Below are positions 33,695 to 41,432 of a DNA stretch of 49,340 bases, in pieces. The stretch's first letter is position 1; the number at the start of each line of letters is the position of its first letter. A model generated the notes under the pieces. It was not told the DNA's origin and did no database searches. It saw nothing but the letters and a program-made list of their open reading frames with translations. The position numbers were made by a program, and so were the translations under genes. The DNA lies in contig JACQKH010000007.1 in assembly GCA_016204585.1 (NCBI GenBank), positions 1 to 49,340 of the forward strand, written 5' to 3'. This DNA is from Candidatus Kerfeldbacteria bacterium (lineage in GTDB: Bacteria > Patescibacteriota > Patescibacteriia > SBBC01).

Positions 33695-35098
33695 TTAAGC
33701 GGTAATTCGAGGCGGTTGGGGCCGGCTCCCTGGCGGTGACAGAAGCGACACGCCCGCAGTCAGCTGGTACGGCGCAGCTAAACGGTTGACCCTGGCCAGC
33801 AGTTTCCATGAAACACCCCAGCGTTTGGCCAGCTCTTGGATGGTATCGCCAGTTTCCACGCGGTACCGCACCCAGGTCGCGCTAATGAGCTGACGGCGTT
33901 TGCGCGCGAGCATAGTGAGACCGACCAACAGCAGGAGCAGCAACAGCGCCGCGGCCATGATGATGAGCGCCGATCTGGTCGGCCAGAGGAAAAAGCGGAC
34001 CGTCGGTCCGGTTAGGGTGGTTAAGCTGGCGTTCGCTCCCGGGCCACTGCCTGTATCCGGATTGTATGCCACGGTCAGCGCGGTGGTGTACCATCCGCCC
34101 CAGAACGTTTGCGGAAATTCGAAGTTCCAGGCGCTGGTCTGTCCGCGGAGGATGGTGTACTGGCCGCCGTGGCGCATGGCCGTCCGACCGAACAAATTTT
34201 TTGTGACCACGGCAACCTCGGCGTCGACCGACACGTTGCCTTCATTGCGCACGCTCGGACGAAGGACTTTGCCGCCGGGCGTTCTCGGCCGAACCTCGAA
34301 ACCGGCAATGGCGAGCTGGCGAACTATGTCGCCGGGGACGGTCACCGCCACGCGCAGACCGGTTCTGGTAGAAATGAGAACTCCCTCGCCACCGGCGACC
34401 GGCGGCTTCTTTTCCTGGATGAGCAGACAGCCGTCGTGCTCGCCGACTCCGGCAGTCCCGGGGACCGCCAGCCGGAACGGCACCAGGATTTTCGTCTGGG
34501 GAGCCAGCGTCAAGGCAACCGGCTGGAGCGGATCGTAACCGCTAACAATCTCTTGCTGATCAGTGAAACCGTCGCCGTCTGTATCGACCAGCTTTGGATT
34601 CGTCCCGCGCTGCGCTTCATCAGTCGCGGTCAGGCCATCGCCATCTTCGTCCGAGTCGTCTGTCGGGGTTGTCGTTGGTGGCGTGAAAAAACTGTCGGCG
34701 GTAACTTCGGGCGGCAGCGTCGCTCCGGCCTCAAGCGCTGGCTGAGGTTGACCCAAGGTAATCCACGCGCCAGCGTCTTTCTTGGTTGCCGAGGCTCCCT
34801 GATTTGAGGCGGACAATTGCTCGCAAGCAAACCCGCCGTCGCTCGACGGCGTGGCGTCAGCCGAATACACCCAGACTGTTTTTGTTTGGTCGGTCGTGTT
34901 GATGACGAACATTCCATCAGCCACGGTTTGCCCCGGCTCAACAGTGTAAACGAAGATATCGTTGGTTCGGGGATTATCAGGCCGCGGAAAGGCCGGCCGG
35001 CCGCCGAGGCCGCCGTAAGAAATTGCGACGGCCGGCAGGGCGGCGAGGAGCGTCGCCAGTGCAGCCACGACGGAAACCAGAAGCCGAGAAAAGCTCAT
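33695..35098 (-). CDS. CscA-like (DUF916 + DUF3324-like) surface protein with thrombospondin-type-3 Ca-binding repeats, one TM and a C-terminal LysM
   Basis: Signal peptide. YGGLGGRPA...VYSADATPSSDGGFA (DUF916-like). DSDEDGDGLTATDE...DTDGDGFTDQQE (TSP3-like). VPFRL.VP...GVGEH.GCLLI...VPGDIVRQL (DUF3324-like). TM ALIIMAAALLLLLLLVGLTML, then RKRR, then LysM (YRVETGDTIQELAKRWGVSWKLLARVNRL...L.AG). Confidence 0.7.
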   Translation of the reverse strand: MSFSRLLVSVVAALATLLAALPAVAISYGGLGGRPAFPRPDNPRTNDIFVYTVEPGQTVADGMFVINTTDQTKTVWVYSADATPSSDGGFACEQLSASNQGASATKKDAGAWITLGQPQPALEAGATLPPEVTADSFFTPPTTTPTDDSDEDGDGLTATDEAQRGTNPKLVDTDGDGFTDQQEIVSGYDPLQPVALTLAPQTKILVPFRLAVPGTAGVGEHDGCLLIQEKKPPVAGGEGVLISTRTGLRVAVTVPGDIVRQLAIAGFEVRPRTPGGKVLRPSVRNEGNVSVDAEVAVVTKNLFGRTAMRHGGQYTILRGQTSAWNFEFPQTFWGGWYTTALTVAYNPDTGSGPGANASLTTLTGPTVRFFLWPTRSALIIMAAALLLLLLLVGLTMLARKRRQLISATWVRYRVETGDTIQELAKRWGVSWKLLARVNRLAAPYQLTAGVSLLSPPGSRPQPPRITA

Positions 35099-35136
35099 AT
35101 CACTGGTGGTGTTTGTGTATTAAAACTGCTGGTTCA

Positions 35137-35165
35137 AGTATACCAGGAGTTAAACCGGTTACCAA
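35137..35165 (-). promoter_or_regulatory. promoter of 33695-35098
   Basis: Minus strand: TTGGTA, 17 nt, TATACT. Preceded by the hairpin ccccgc-cuau-gcgggg (35186-35201). Confidence 0.55.
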
Positions 35166-35233
35166 GCGACAAAAATCTCCGATCTCCCCGCATAGGCGGG
35201 GACGGGATCAGTGGTAACGAGGAATGTTGTAGC

Positions 35234-35935
35234 TTAGGAGGCGACGACTGACAACACCATGTTGATGTCGTAGTCCGAAGCGGCTGGCTGCTCTTCCGGA
35301 ATCTTCTGGCTGACCGACACGCCGGTTAATTTCCAGTCGCCGATGTCGTTCGAGGCGGCGGCGGCGGTCAGAACCGTGATGCTGTTGGTGGTGCCCTCAA
35401 GGAACGCGGTCGACGAGCCTTTGGTAATGTTGGTGGTGACGCAGGAGTTACACTGACCGGTTGCCAGCGTGCCGACTGACGGATCAACGGTCATCTGCCC
35501 GCCGAGCGTGTCGGTGTCGGCGCCGTCAGTACAACCCGAGCCGCCATTATCGTTGAAGTCGTAGTCCGTGCCGGCGCTGTCCCAAATGGCGGTGGTGGCG
35601 GAAGCGGCCAGCGAGGCGGTCCAGCCGTTGTCCGCCGCATCCGGGTTGGAGACGTAAATGTTCTGCGAGGCCGAGCCGAACGTGCCGGTGATGGTCTGAC
35701 AGGTAAAGCTGAAGGTGGCCGTTGACATCGTTACGGACGGACTGCCGACCGTTACATACGAGCCGTCAACAATATCAATCGCCAAGGAACCGGCATTGAT
35801 GGTCTGCTGGAAGTTCGAAGTGGAGCTGGCGTAGACGTAGGTGCCGGCGCCGCTCACCAATACCAAAATTCCCACGATCGCGATGACCGCGCGGAGGTTC
35901 AGTTTCCAAAGGAGCGCGTGGGTGAACTTACTCAT
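35234..35935 (-). CDS. secreted WxL-like domain protein (233 aa from ATG 35935)
   Basis: Signal peptide MSKFTHALLWKLNLRAVIAIVGILVLVSGAGTYVYA. QQTINAGSLAIDIVD...GWTASLAAS...DYDINMVLSVVAS. Homologous to 37339-37980 and to the C-terminus of 29035-32385. Confidence 0.7.
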   Translation of the reverse strand: MSKFTHALLWKLNLRAVIAIVGILVLVSGAGTYVYASSTSNFQQTINAGSLAIDIVDGSYVTVGSPSVTMSTATFSFTCQTITGTFGSASQNIYVSNPDAADNGWTASLAASATTAIWDSAGTDYDFNDNGGSGCTDGADTDTLGGQMTVDPSVGTLATGQCNSCVTTNITKGSSTAFLEGTTNSITVLTAAAASNDIGDWKLTGVSVSQKIPEEQPAASDYDINMVLSVVAS

Positions 35936-35993
35936 GGTTTTTGTTTGTAATGATACTCTTGGCAAAAGCCGGTTTTCAGCGTTTCTAAAGGCC

Positions 35994-36022
35994 AGTATAG
36001 CACAAAAAATAAGCCTTGTCAA
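35994..36022 (-). promoter_or_regulatory. promoter of 35234-35935
   Basis: Minus strand: TTGACA (36017-36022), 17 nt, TATACT (35994-35999). Confidence 0.65.
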
Positions 36023-36060
36023 CGATTTTTTGGTCGTTTTTTTGCTTGTTCTCGGCACGG

Positions 36061-37317
36061 TTAGGAACCGATCGGCACCTTGATAGTTTGACCGGCTTTG
36101 AGCCGATACGGCGGCTTAAGACCATTGGCCTTAGCCAGTACCCGCCAGTCAATACCGCGGCGTGAGGCAATGTCAACTAAGTCTTCGCCTGGGCGGACAA
36201 CGTAGGGACGCCACTGTTTCAAACGGCCGCGGTCGCGTCCTCGCCGCCACAGCCAGAGCGCAATGATGGCGACGGCGACGAGCATGACTACGGCGATTTG
36301 CAGCCAAGGCACAAACCAGCGGACGATGGTCGGTGTCATCAGCCTTTGGCCGGCGCCGTCGGTATCCGTGTAAGCAACCTGCGCTTGGTAGGAGAAACGG
36401 CCGAAGCGGGGCAGGGGCAGCGAAATATTGGTGATCAATTCTTGGCCACGTAGCGCTTGCGTCGCGCGTTCGACGGTTTGACTGCTTCGCCTAAAAATCG
36501 TATCGCTTACGGACAGCGTGGTCGTGTGATCTATACTGACATTGCCCGCGGCTAGCACGCCGACGGTGGCGACAAGCTCTTTTTGTCGAGCGTTCGGATG
36601 AATGGTAAAACGTGTTAGCTCAAGTTGACGGACGATGTCGCCGGGCACGGTTTCGTAGATGCGGACGCCGACGCGGGTGGTTAGCTGGACGCCGCCCGAC
36701 GGCGCGCTCGGTTCGTCGGCCGGCCGTTTCCGCTCCAGCACTAAACCGCCGGCATGCTCGCCAACGTCGGCGTTGTCGGGAATGCGGATGACGAACGGCA
36801 CGGCAACGGCTTGGTCAGGTTCGAGGCGGATGGCGGCTTCCCGAACGCCGCCGCACCAAGTCTTGAGTTCAGAAACGTCGGCGGTCGGCGCGGCCTGGGC
36901 CGCCTGCACAACGGCAAATTGGCAGAGCTCGGGAATCGAGCGCCGGTCTTCGGCGTAAGCGACCGGACGCGGCGTCGGGTACAACGTCACCCACGAACCA
37001 AGTTCGGTCATAGTTTCGGCCCGTTGCTTAAGAGCAAAGCCGCCGTCCGAACTGGGGGTTTGGTCGGCCGGGTAGACGATGAGTTCAACGGCCGCGCCGC
37101 TGCCGTTCTCGATCCGGAGCGCGTCTTCCTTGGTGGCGCCAGCCGGCAGCTGGTAGAGGAACCAGCTGGCGCTGTTCGGAACGTTCGGATCGGGGTTGGC
37201 CGGTCGGCCGCCGAGACCCTCGTACTCAATGGCCGAACCGGCGGCGGCGTACGCCAAGCCAAGCAGTGCGACGACGACGATGTTGAACGCTCGAAAACAA
37301 CGGTTAGCTTTCACCAA
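36061..37317 (-). CDS. CscA-like (DUF916 + DUF3324-like) surface protein with one TM and a C-terminal LysM
   Basis: Signal peptide. YEGLGGRPA...VYPADQTPSSDGGFA. VPFVIRIP...DVGEHAGGLVL...VPGDIVRQL. TM IAVVMLVAVAIIALWLW, then RRGRDRGR, then LysM (YVVRPGEDLVDIASRRGIDWRVLAKANGL...L.AGQ). TTG/GTG start. Confidence 0.7.
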   Translation of the reverse strand: MVKANRCFRAFNIVVVALLGLAYAAAGSAIEYEGLGGRPANPDPNVPNSASWFLYQLPAGATKEDALRIENGSGAAVELIVYPADQTPSSDGGFALKQRAETMTELGSWVTLYPTPRPVAYAEDRRSIPELCQFAVVQAAQAAPTADVSELKTWCGGVREAAIRLEPDQAVAVPFVIRIPDNADVGEHAGGLVLERKRPADEPSAPSGGVQLTTRVGVRIYETVPGDIVRQLELTRFTIHPNARQKELVATVGVLAAGNVSIDHTTTLSVSDTIFRRSSQTVERATQALRGQELITNISLPLPRFGRFSYQAQVAYTDTDGAGQRLMTPTIVRWFVPWLQIAVVMLVAVAIIALWLWRRGRDRGRLKQWRPYVVRPGEDLVDIASRRGIDWRVLAKANGLKPPYRLKAGQTIKVPIGS

Positions 37318-37338
37318 CCGTTAGCATACCACACCGGC

Positions 37339-37980
37339 TTAGGTGGCGGTGAGCGCCAGACTTAGGGTATAGGCCGCCGGCGTTTGGAAAGCGGGAATCG
37401 TTTGGGTCAGGCCGACGCCGGTGAAATCCCAGCGGCCGGGTTGGTCAGCGCTGGTGCTGGCCGAGAGAAGCGTAATCGAGTCAGTGGTGCCTTGAGCAAA
37501 GGAGGTTGATGAACCTTTGGACAGACCGGTGCTGGTGTAGGAATTGGTCGGCGTGATAGTTCCGACCGAAGCGTCAACAGTCAGCCGGCCTTGCGCGGAA
37601 GAACCGTTAAAATCGAAGGTGTTGGAACCGCCGTCTGACCACAGCGCGGTGGCGCCGGAAGCGGCCGCCACCGTCAAATTCCAAGCCACGGCCGGCGCGC
37701 TGCGACCGTTGCTGAGACGGATTTTCTGTGATGACGCGCCCAGCGTGCCGGTTGAGTTTTGGACCGTATCAAAGTTGAAGGTTACCGCGCTGAACGCGAC
37801 CGACGGGCTGCCGACGGTAACGTTCGAGGCGTCGACGATGTCAACCCCGAGCGTCCCGGCGTTGATTGTTTGCGAGAGCTGCGTCTGACTCGAAGCAAAA
37901 ATTATCTGGGGAGGGAAACTCCAGCTGAACAACAGACTTACAATTAGTATTGCGACTTTTGTATTTCTAAGGCGTTTCAC
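37339..37980 (-). CDS. secreted WxL-like domain protein (213 aa)
   Basis: Signal peptide. SQTINAGTLGVDIVD...AWNLTVAAAS...AAYTLSLALTAT. GTG start. Confidence 0.65.
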   Translation of the reverse strand: MKRLRNTKVAILIVSLLFSWSFPPQIIFASSQTQLSQTINAGTLGVDIVDASNVTVGSPSVAFSAVTFNFDTVQNSTGTLGASSQKIRLSNGRSAPAVAWNLTVAAASGATALWSDGGSNTFDFNGSSAQGRLTVDASVGTITPTNSYTSTGLSKGSSTSFAQGTTDSITLLSASTSADQPGRWDFTGVGLTQTIPAFQTPAAYTLSLALTAT

Positions 37981-38030
37981 GCTTTTATTTTTTGCTTTCT
38001 TACGAACTTGTTTTGTTAATTTCTATGTTC

Positions 38031-38059
38031 ATTATAGCCCATTTTTTGACCTTTGTCAA
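38031..38059 (-). promoter_or_regulatory. consensus promoter at the head of the surface-protein cluster
   Basis: Minus strand: TTGACA (38054-38059), 17 nt, TATAAT (38031-38036). Confidence 0.7.
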
Positions 38060-38283
38060 CATTTCACTTATTTCTAACTTGCTGGACGAATTTCCCCGGA
38101 AGCCCGGTAGGCCTCATGGTCAAACCGAAATTCCATCAACTATCTTCAACAGGCAGTTGGGAAATTTCCGCAAGTCCTATAAGATAAAGGCATGCTGTTC
38201 TCACTGATCTGGACGGAAATCAACCCCGTACAACAACTGAAAAGTAGGTGCTCCTTTTCTAATTTTGTTCGGAGCTGAAGCGG

Positions 38284-38919
38284 ATGTTTCATCAACAATC
38301 CAAGATTGGACAGTTGTTATACGGGGTCAATTGGTCGCGGAAGTTCTGGCACGTGTCCGGCGGCTGTTTCGCAATATTCATCGCCGCTTATTTTAGTTGG
38401 CCGATTCCTTTCTTTGTCGCTCTGGCTACCCTGTTGACCTGGATTACCATCGAGTCCATGCGCCGACGAGAGCCGTGGTTTGGGAAGTTGTTCTTCATAT
38501 TAGCCGCGCCGTTCGTCCGGCACCACGAACGCCGAACCTACGTCGGCAATACCTGGTTTGCGTTCAGCGTTACTATTCTGGCGGCGCTCTTCCGCGACCC
38601 GCTGCTGCTCTCCGCCTCGCTGGTCGGCTGGACTTTCGGCGATCCGGCCGCCGAAATCTTCGGACGGCTTGTTCCCTCAAAAAAATACTTTGATGGAGAA
38701 AAATCCCTATCCGGGATCCTGGCCTGTTTCATCTTCAGTTTCGCCGCCTACGTTCTCTTCTTCCGCCTTGTCGGCACGGGCGGCGACCCGCTCTCTGCCG
38801 CGCTCACTGGTGCAGCGGCCACGACATTGGCGGAGACCTTCTCTTTAAGTTTCTCCGTAAATGACAACTTCACCATCCCGCTCGTGACGGCGCTGGCGCT
38901 GTCCTACGTTTTGATCTAG
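38284..38919 (+). CDS. SEC59/DGK1/VTE5-like (dolichol/phytol-kinase superfamily) membrane protein, paralog of 5211-5888
   Basis: GWTFGDPAAEIFGR...EKSLSGILACF...TLAETFS...NDNFTIP. Shares long identical stretches with the 5211-5888 product. Confidence 0.6.
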   Translation: MFHQQSKIGQLLYGVNWSRKFWHVSGGCFAIFIAAYFSWPIPFFVALATLLTWITIESMRRREPWFGKLFFILAAPFVRHHERRTYVGNTWFAFSVTILAALFRDPLLLSASLVGWTFGDPAAEIFGRLVPSKKYFDGEKSLSGILACFIFSFAAYVLFFRLVGTGGDPLSAALTGAAATTLAETFSLSFSVNDNFTIPLVTALALSYVLI

Positions 38920-38921
38920 CG

Positions 38922-39593
38922 ATGGAGTCCTCATCCGAGGTCGACCGATTAGCCCAGATTATTTGGGATTACCACCACGTTCATCATCAGCTAGAAAAGG
39001 CTGATGCTATTTTCGTTTTAGGCAGTCACGACACTCGGGTGGCCGAATACGCGGCACAGCTATTTTTAGATAAGTGGGCGTCAGTGATGATTTTTTCTGG
39101 CACTGGTTTTGGTCATAGGCAAGCAGCTGATCTCCTGGGCGCCGGTTGGAAAAAATCTGAAGCGGAGGTATTCGCCGATATCGCCGCCTCCATGGGAGTG
39201 CCGAAAGACAGGATAATCATGGAAAACAAATCAACAAGCACCGGTGAAAACATTGTCTTGACGAAAAAGCTGCTGGCTGAACGAGGTCTGAATTTTCAGC
39301 GGTTTATTGTGGTTCAAAAACCATACATGGAACGTCGAACGTTCGCCACATTCAAGCAGGTCTGGCCGGAAGCAGACGTTGTCGTCACTTCACCGCCGAT
39401 ACCGTTCGACCAGTACCCCAACCAGGAAATATCAAAAGACACGGTCATCAACATTATGGTCGGCGACCTGCAGCGAATTCGGGAATACCCCAAGCAGGGA
39501 TTTCAAGTTAAGCAAAAAATACCGTCTGACGTCTGGCAAGCCTACGAGCAACTCGTGGCGCTTGGCTTTACGAAACACCTGATCAAAGCCTGA
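38922..39593 (+). CDS. YdcF/DUF218 (ElyC/SanA-like) family protein
   Basis: AIFVLGSHD...FSG...E......STSTGEN pattern. Starts 2 nt after the upstream stop. Confidence 0.7.
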   Translation: MESSSEVDRLAQIIWDYHHVHHQLEKADAIFVLGSHDTRVAEYAAQLFLDKWASVMIFSGTGFGHRQAADLLGAGWKKSEAEVFADIAASMGVPKDRIIMENKSTSTGENIVLTKKLLAERGLNFQRFIVVQKPYMERRTFATFKQVWPEADVVVTSPPIPFDQYPNQEISKDTVINIMVGDLQRIREYPKQGFQVKQKIPSDVWQAYEQLVALGFTKHLIKA

Positions 39594-39621
39594 TCGACTT
39601 AGCGCTGTCGTACGTGCTCGT

Positions 39622-39708
39622 CTAAGATCAAGATTCAAAATTTAGGATTTAAGGTTGAGGTCGTGCCTGAGTAACATGAAAACCTAAATCCTTAATCCTA
39701 AATCTTAG
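39622..39708. terminator. imperfect ~30-bp AT-rich hairpin between the convergent ydcF-like and nrnA genes
   Basis: ctaagatcaagattcaaaatttaggatttaaggtt pairs with aacctaaatccttaatcctaaatcttag. The nrnA stop (39698-39700) lies in the 3' arm. Confidence 0.5.
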
Positions 39709-40711
39709 TTCGCGCCTTCTCCCGAACGCGCCAGCCGCGCTCGTCCTGAACGATTTCACCGGCCACGGTAAAGCCAGCGGCCTTGGTGTGCCCGCCGCCG
39801 CCGTAGACTCGGGCCAAAGCGGCCACATCAACGCCTGATCGCTTGGTGCGATAACTCCCTTTAACCAAACCGTCCGGTTCTTCGCGGAGAACTAGCACTA
39901 CCCGGCCTTCACCCAAACTGTTCAGGAAATTCGCAATACCCTCTGAGCCTTCGCGGTCAACGCCGCACTCATCGAAGTCTTTCAACATCAGTGCCGTGGA
40001 AATGGTATCGGTGGCCGGATCGCGCTCAAGTCGAGACAGCGCCCGTCCCCATAATTGCAGGGAGGCAACGCTTTTTGAACGCACGGTTGCGCTGACGATC
40101 CGCCGCAAGTTCCCACCACGGCGCAGAAGTTCGGCGGCGATGTCCATTGATTCAAGGGTGGTGCCGGCATTGACGAAGCCGCCGGTGTCGGTGATGATTC
40201 CGGTCAACAGGGCGGTGGCTTGTTCCGGGGAGAAGTCAAGTCCATTGGCCACGAAAAATTCGTAAACGAGCTCGCAGGTTGAGGAACGAGCGGTATCAAC
40301 GATGGCCAGGTCAACTAAATTGCGATCTCGCCATGATAGGGCCGGCCGGTGGTGATCGATGAGGGCGACGAGCGGCCGCTGGGTGCCTAAGAAGTACAAT
40401 TTTTCCGCCAGCTGCGTGCGTCGGACATCGCCGGAATCTAGCAGCAATACCGCGTCAAATGCGCTAACATCAATGCCGCTTACATCGGTTCGCAAACTGT
40501 CAATCCCTGACAAAAAGGAAAAGATTTTCGGCGAACTGTCTGGTGCGAGCGCCAAGACCGATGTACCGCCACGGCGAAAATGTTCCTGGAGCGCGATCAG
40601 TGATCCGAGGGCGTCACCGTCAGCGCGTTCATGCGTGGCCAGCAGCACGCGAGGGGAGTCGCGCAAGTTGTCATGCAGTTGACGGTGGAGGTGTGACCGC
40701 GTGGGAGCCAT
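39698..40711 (-). CDS. nrnA: DHH-family bifunctional oligoribonuclease/pAp phosphatase NrnA
   Basis: HERADGDALGS, LLDSGD, DHH and GGGH motifs. ATG 40711 is preferred; the ORF-track start at 40750 overlaps rbfA. Confidence 0.8.
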   Translation of the reverse strand: MAPTRSHLHRQLHDNLRDSPRVLLATHERADGDALGSLIALQEHFRRGGTSVLALAPDSSPKIFSFLSGIDSLRTDVSGIDVSAFDAVLLLDSGDVRRTQLAEKLYFLGTQRPLVALIDHHRPALSWRDRNLVDLAIVDTARSSTCELVYEFFVANGLDFSPEQATALLTGIITDTGGFVNAGTTLESMDIAAELLRRGGNLRRIVSATVRSKSVASLQLWGRALSRLERDPATDTISTALMLKDFDECGVDREGSEGIANFLNSLGEGRVVLVLREEPDGLVKGSYRTKRSGVDVAALARVYGGGGHTKAAGFTVAGEIVQDERGWRVREKARTKI

Positions 40712-40724
40712 AAAGCATCCCACT

Positions 40725-41072
40725 CTACCCGGGCTGGTCGAGACTGTCAAGCAGTCCTTCGATATGCGATGCCCGGGCGCCGCTGTGGTCGAGCAAGAAC
40801 CTTATTTTTGGCACCGGCTCCATGACCAGCTGGCGGTTTAGAAGGCGCTGCAGTTCACCGATCTTCTTCTGCAGATGAACCAGTACGTCTTGTCCTTGAC
40901 CGCGCGGCAGGACCGATACCCACGCCTTGGCGTGTTCGAGGTCCGGCGACACTTCCACGCGAGTCAAAGTCACCAATGTACCCAAGTCAAATTCCAGCTC
41001 TCTCCGCATCAAGGCACTGAGCTCGTGGCGGATAAGCTCGTTGACCCGGCTGATTCGGCGGCGGCCGAGCAC
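40725..41072 (-). CDS. rbfA: ribosome-binding factor A
   Basis: R..RVNELIRHELS......E......VT.TRVEVS.DL..A...VS. GTG start right after the infB stop, with GGAGGA upstream. Confidence 0.85.
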   Translation of the reverse strand: MLGRRRISRVNELIRHELSALMRRELEFDLGTLVTLTRVEVSPDLEHAKAWVSVLPRGQGQDVLVHLQKKIGELQRLLNRQLVMEPVPKIRFLLDHSGARASHIEGLLDSLDQPG

Positions 41073-41429
41073 CTATCCTCCGATCGTGCGCGATCGCACT
41101 TGGCGTGTCAGGACAACCACCACATCCCCCACCTGGACGACTGGCGGTCCTTCATACTTCATACCGCACTCCTGACCGCTTGGCACTTCCGCCACGTTAC
41201 TTTTCTGTGATTGAAGCTGGGTCAATTTTCCCTCCGCCATAACCTGGTTGTGGCGGAGAACCCGCAGAAGCGAGCTGGCTAGGACTTTTCCGTCCGTCAC
41301 CTTACCGCCGATGATTTGGTATGATGCTTCGGTACGAAAAATGGCTAGGATTTTCACTCGACCAAGCTCGGTCTCAATCACCTCCGGTTTGAGCAGCCCT
41401 TCCAGACCATGCTTGACGTCATTGACCAA
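41073..41429 (-). CDS. infB: IF-2 C-terminal (C2, fMet-tRNA-binding) segment, separated from the rest of infB by an in-frame TAA
   Basis: LVNDVKHGLEGLLKPE...G.V..G.......RV.R......G.L..L...K..V.EV..G.ECG. Same frame as 41433-42851. The only start candidate is TTG 41429, with no SD. Confidence 0.6.
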   Translation of the reverse strand: MVNDVKHGLEGLLKPEVIETELGRVKILAIFRTEASYQIIGGKVTDGKVLASSLLRVLRHNQVMAEGKLTQLQSQKSNVAEVPSGQECGMKYEGPPVVQVGDVVVVLTRQVRSRTIGG

Positions 41430-41432
41430 ATC

